The notes beneath the pieces are model-generated. The model saw nothing but the letters and a program-made list of their open reading frames with translations, was not told the DNA's origin and ran no database searches. A stretch of 63,187 nucleotides of DNA, filler included, from Reclinomonas americana ATCC 50394 (taxonomy: Eukaryota), in the NCBI GenBank assembly GCA_048213135.1. It is 16 parts of 16 records of this genome, joined end to end, with 100 filler letters (N's around TTAATTAATTAA, not from the genome) between each part and the next. Parts side by side here need not be neighbours in the genome. Positions count along the whole stretch, not along the records: positions 60,497 to 63,187 come from AFZH01018722.1; 15 more parts are not named here. One strand, given 5' to 3'. The position numbers and the translations under genes were made by a program. The first letter of the stretch is position 1, and each line of letters opens with the position of its first letter. Positions 60,766 through 63,187 of this stretch are shown here, in pieces.

Positions 60766-63187
60766 GTTCCTGCATGTGCTCTCTGTCAGAGCACTGCATC
60801 ATCGACGCGCGGACGAGATGCTCACCAAGTTCCACGAGAAGACGCGCGCGACGACTGTCATTGATGCTTGGTGCGCAGCATTTGCGCTGTGTTCTCTCCC
60901 CAACGCCCTCCTGACTCTCCCCCATCTCGTTGCATCATTTTCCTTTGCCTGTCAGGTACTACCCATACTCCCACTCACTGTCCGTCGAGGACGCAGCGCA
61001 TCTCGGCTTTGGTTCCGTGTCCTCATTACCATCCTCCTCCTCCACAACAACAACGACCACCACCACGACCACCTCGGCTCCCTCTTCTTCCACCAGCTCT
61101 GACCGCCTGCGCTTCGGCTTGTACTTCACCAGCGCACTGTCGGATCACGTCGGCCGCAACCGCCTGAAGCTGCTGCTGTGCCGCGTGGCGGTCGGCAAAT
61201 CGTTGGCGCGCACCGAGCGTGACGCCGCAGACTTGCACTCGCTGCCGCCGACCTTCAACTCGTTGTATGTGCCGGCGGAGCCGGTGCCAGTTGAGGATGC
61301 AGACGTTGCCGAGGAAGTGGAGGAGGGAGTGAGTGGCTCGGAGCAGGGGAGCGAGGCAGGCAGTGCGCCATCCACGGGCAGAGACGGAGGTGACGGCATG
61401 CTCGGTCGTGTGCCCGGCCGTCAGCGGCATGTGTTCTCGCAGGGTCGCATCTCGACGCCGCCGAAGAAGGCAGTGGCGATGCAGTTGCCGTCGGCCAGGT
61501 GGGGTGTGAAGGGGGAAGGGGAAGACGGAAGAGAGAGAGAGAGAGAAAGGGGGCGAATTCGGAGGTTTGCGCGTCCGTATTTGTCTCTTTGTGTCGTCTG
61601 TTCGCACTTGCGTCATTTAGAGGTCTTTCCAGTTAATCACGACCACAAATGAGCGAGATGTGAATGGCCGTGTTCTCTGTTTGCCGTCTTCACGAATTCT
61701 TAGTTGTCGATGCTCAAGTTGTGTAGTGATCCCCGCTTTGTTCCCTGTGTTTCTTGTCTGCTTTATATTCAACGGGGTGTTGTGAAAATCTCATGAATGT
61801 TGTCTTGTCTCGTCGTGCATCAACTTTGCACACCCGCGTTGCTCTTTGTCTTCCGCAATGTTGATCTCTCGTTCCCTGGTTACAGTTGCATCGCGCCAAC
61901 TGCTCGTGTCTCATCGTGTTTCAATCTCACTACTGCATGTTCCCTCCGCTTCTGCCGTTTGTCTCCTACTGTTTTTTCTCCGCTTCCGGCCTTTGTCTCC
62001 CACTGTCGTGTCATCTGGTCGTTCCGACTGTTGCACCCCGCTTCTGCCTGTTATCTCTCCTGCTGTTCTCTCCCTCCTCATCGCTCTTCGCCTCGCCCCG
62101 CAGATCCGACACCACCACGGGGTCCACTGCCAACGGCAGCAGCATGACCAACGGTACCAGCGCCGGTTACAGCAGCTTGTTTGAGGGTTTGTCTGCCTTC
62201 ACACTGCCTTGTTCTGTTCTTCGAGCGCCCTGTTAATGGTTCATTGGGGAGGCAGACACCTATGTCCTCTTCGAATCGTGGCGGTGTATTCCAGCGTTTC
62301 TGGTGGAGGTCTGCTGGGACCCGCAGGGGATTCTCTCTGGTGAGAATTATCCGCGACGTGACAGTGTCTAGCTCATCCACTAACCCTCATTCGCGCAGGC
62401 CTGCGACCTCTTCCCCCCATGGTGCACGCTGGCGAGGCCGAGGTCGACGGGTTCATGCACACAATTCTGCAGTACAAGGAGGTGCTGCACGCGTCGCTCG
62501 GCCAGCTCTCGGTGGACATTGACTCGTTCACCGACTCGTGTGTCACTCGCTCCAAGCGACTGAAGGAGGAGATGGTGGCCTATCTCGAGCAGTACATGCA
62601 CGGACTGCAGATTGCGGAAGGTGCGACAGAGAAATGCGTCGCTGTGGCGTCTCACCTCCGGCCCCTAATCCCCCTCCACTGCAGAGGTGCGCTTCGAATA
62701 CGAACGTGCTCTGGCCGAGTTCACTCGCGTGGAGGAACTGGTGGCCGCACGCACCCGAGTGGCCACCTTGCCACCGGCGCAGCAGCGAGTTCACAACACC
62801 CTCCCGCAGCTCTTGCATGCCATGAAGTTTGTATTTGATGACGGCCACATTCACACCCATCTTCTTCCTTCCGCTTCCTCACCTCTCTCCCCCCGTGGCA
62901 GATACTTCCTGGACGATCGCAAGGGCCCGCTGATGGAGACCACACAGCACGATTTCCTCCGCGCCCCCGCCTCCAGTTTGGAGGGCACTGTGCGTGAGTT
63001 GCAGCGGCAGTTGGCCAACAAGGACTCCATGATCGACAGTCTGCGGGCGGATCTGGCGCGCGCCGAAGTGTTGCTGGTGGCCGCTCAGCAGCAGCTGCAG
63101 GCACAGGCCAGTTTGCTGTCGTCTGATCGCGCAACGAATGGCTCGATGGCCAGCACGCCCAGCAGCGCCAATGGTGGTGGTGGTGGC
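60766..63187 (+). CDS. Protein with a PARP/ART-fold-like N-terminal region and coiled-coil C-terminus; partial at both ends
   Basis: AAHLGFG..FGLYFT..LLLCRVAVGKS..LPPTFNSLY..LFPVFLVCF, followed by helical exons (EEVRFEYERALAEF; VRELQRQLANKDSMIDSLRADL). Junctions between 61500 and 62100 are uncertain. Confidence 0.5.

Noticed and set aside
1..63187. Prokaryotic features (operons, CRISPR, prophage), tRNA/rRNA genes, alternative genetic code
   Set aside because: None recognised. Once introns are removed, genes read in the standard code and use TAA, TAG and TGA as stops.

Overview
Draft-assembly scaffold (15 artificial 100-nt gaps, each N44-TTAATTAATTAA-N44) of a GC-rich, microsatellite-rich, intron-dense eukaryote. 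It is probably a flagellated protist with mitochondria; I cannot name the species from sequence alone. I reconstructed about 20 spliced genes by hand, including a Nudix/IDI-like hydrolase, TilS, TANGO6/Rtp1, a multi-GAF cyclic nucleotide phosphodiesterase, two very large secreted or surface proteins, GT31 and GT8 glycosyltransferases, an SLC35B transporter, TMEM216- and TMEM17-like ciliary proteins, a duplicated HNH nuclease, a PAP/OAS1-type nucleotidyltransferase and a MAP kinase. The ORF track is misleading because nearly every gene is split by introns, most 60-100 nt long. The main discovery is in the splicing signals: there are two classes of GT-AG 5' splice site. The usual class is G|GTNNG. 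The second class (39 introns, roughly 30% of those I could read) is H|GTTNNG, mostly GTTGCG: the same motif shifted one nucleotide by an extra T, used almost only when the exon does not end in G. The MAPK gene also has a textbook U12-type AT-AC intron. All gene models are manual and unverified by transcripts.
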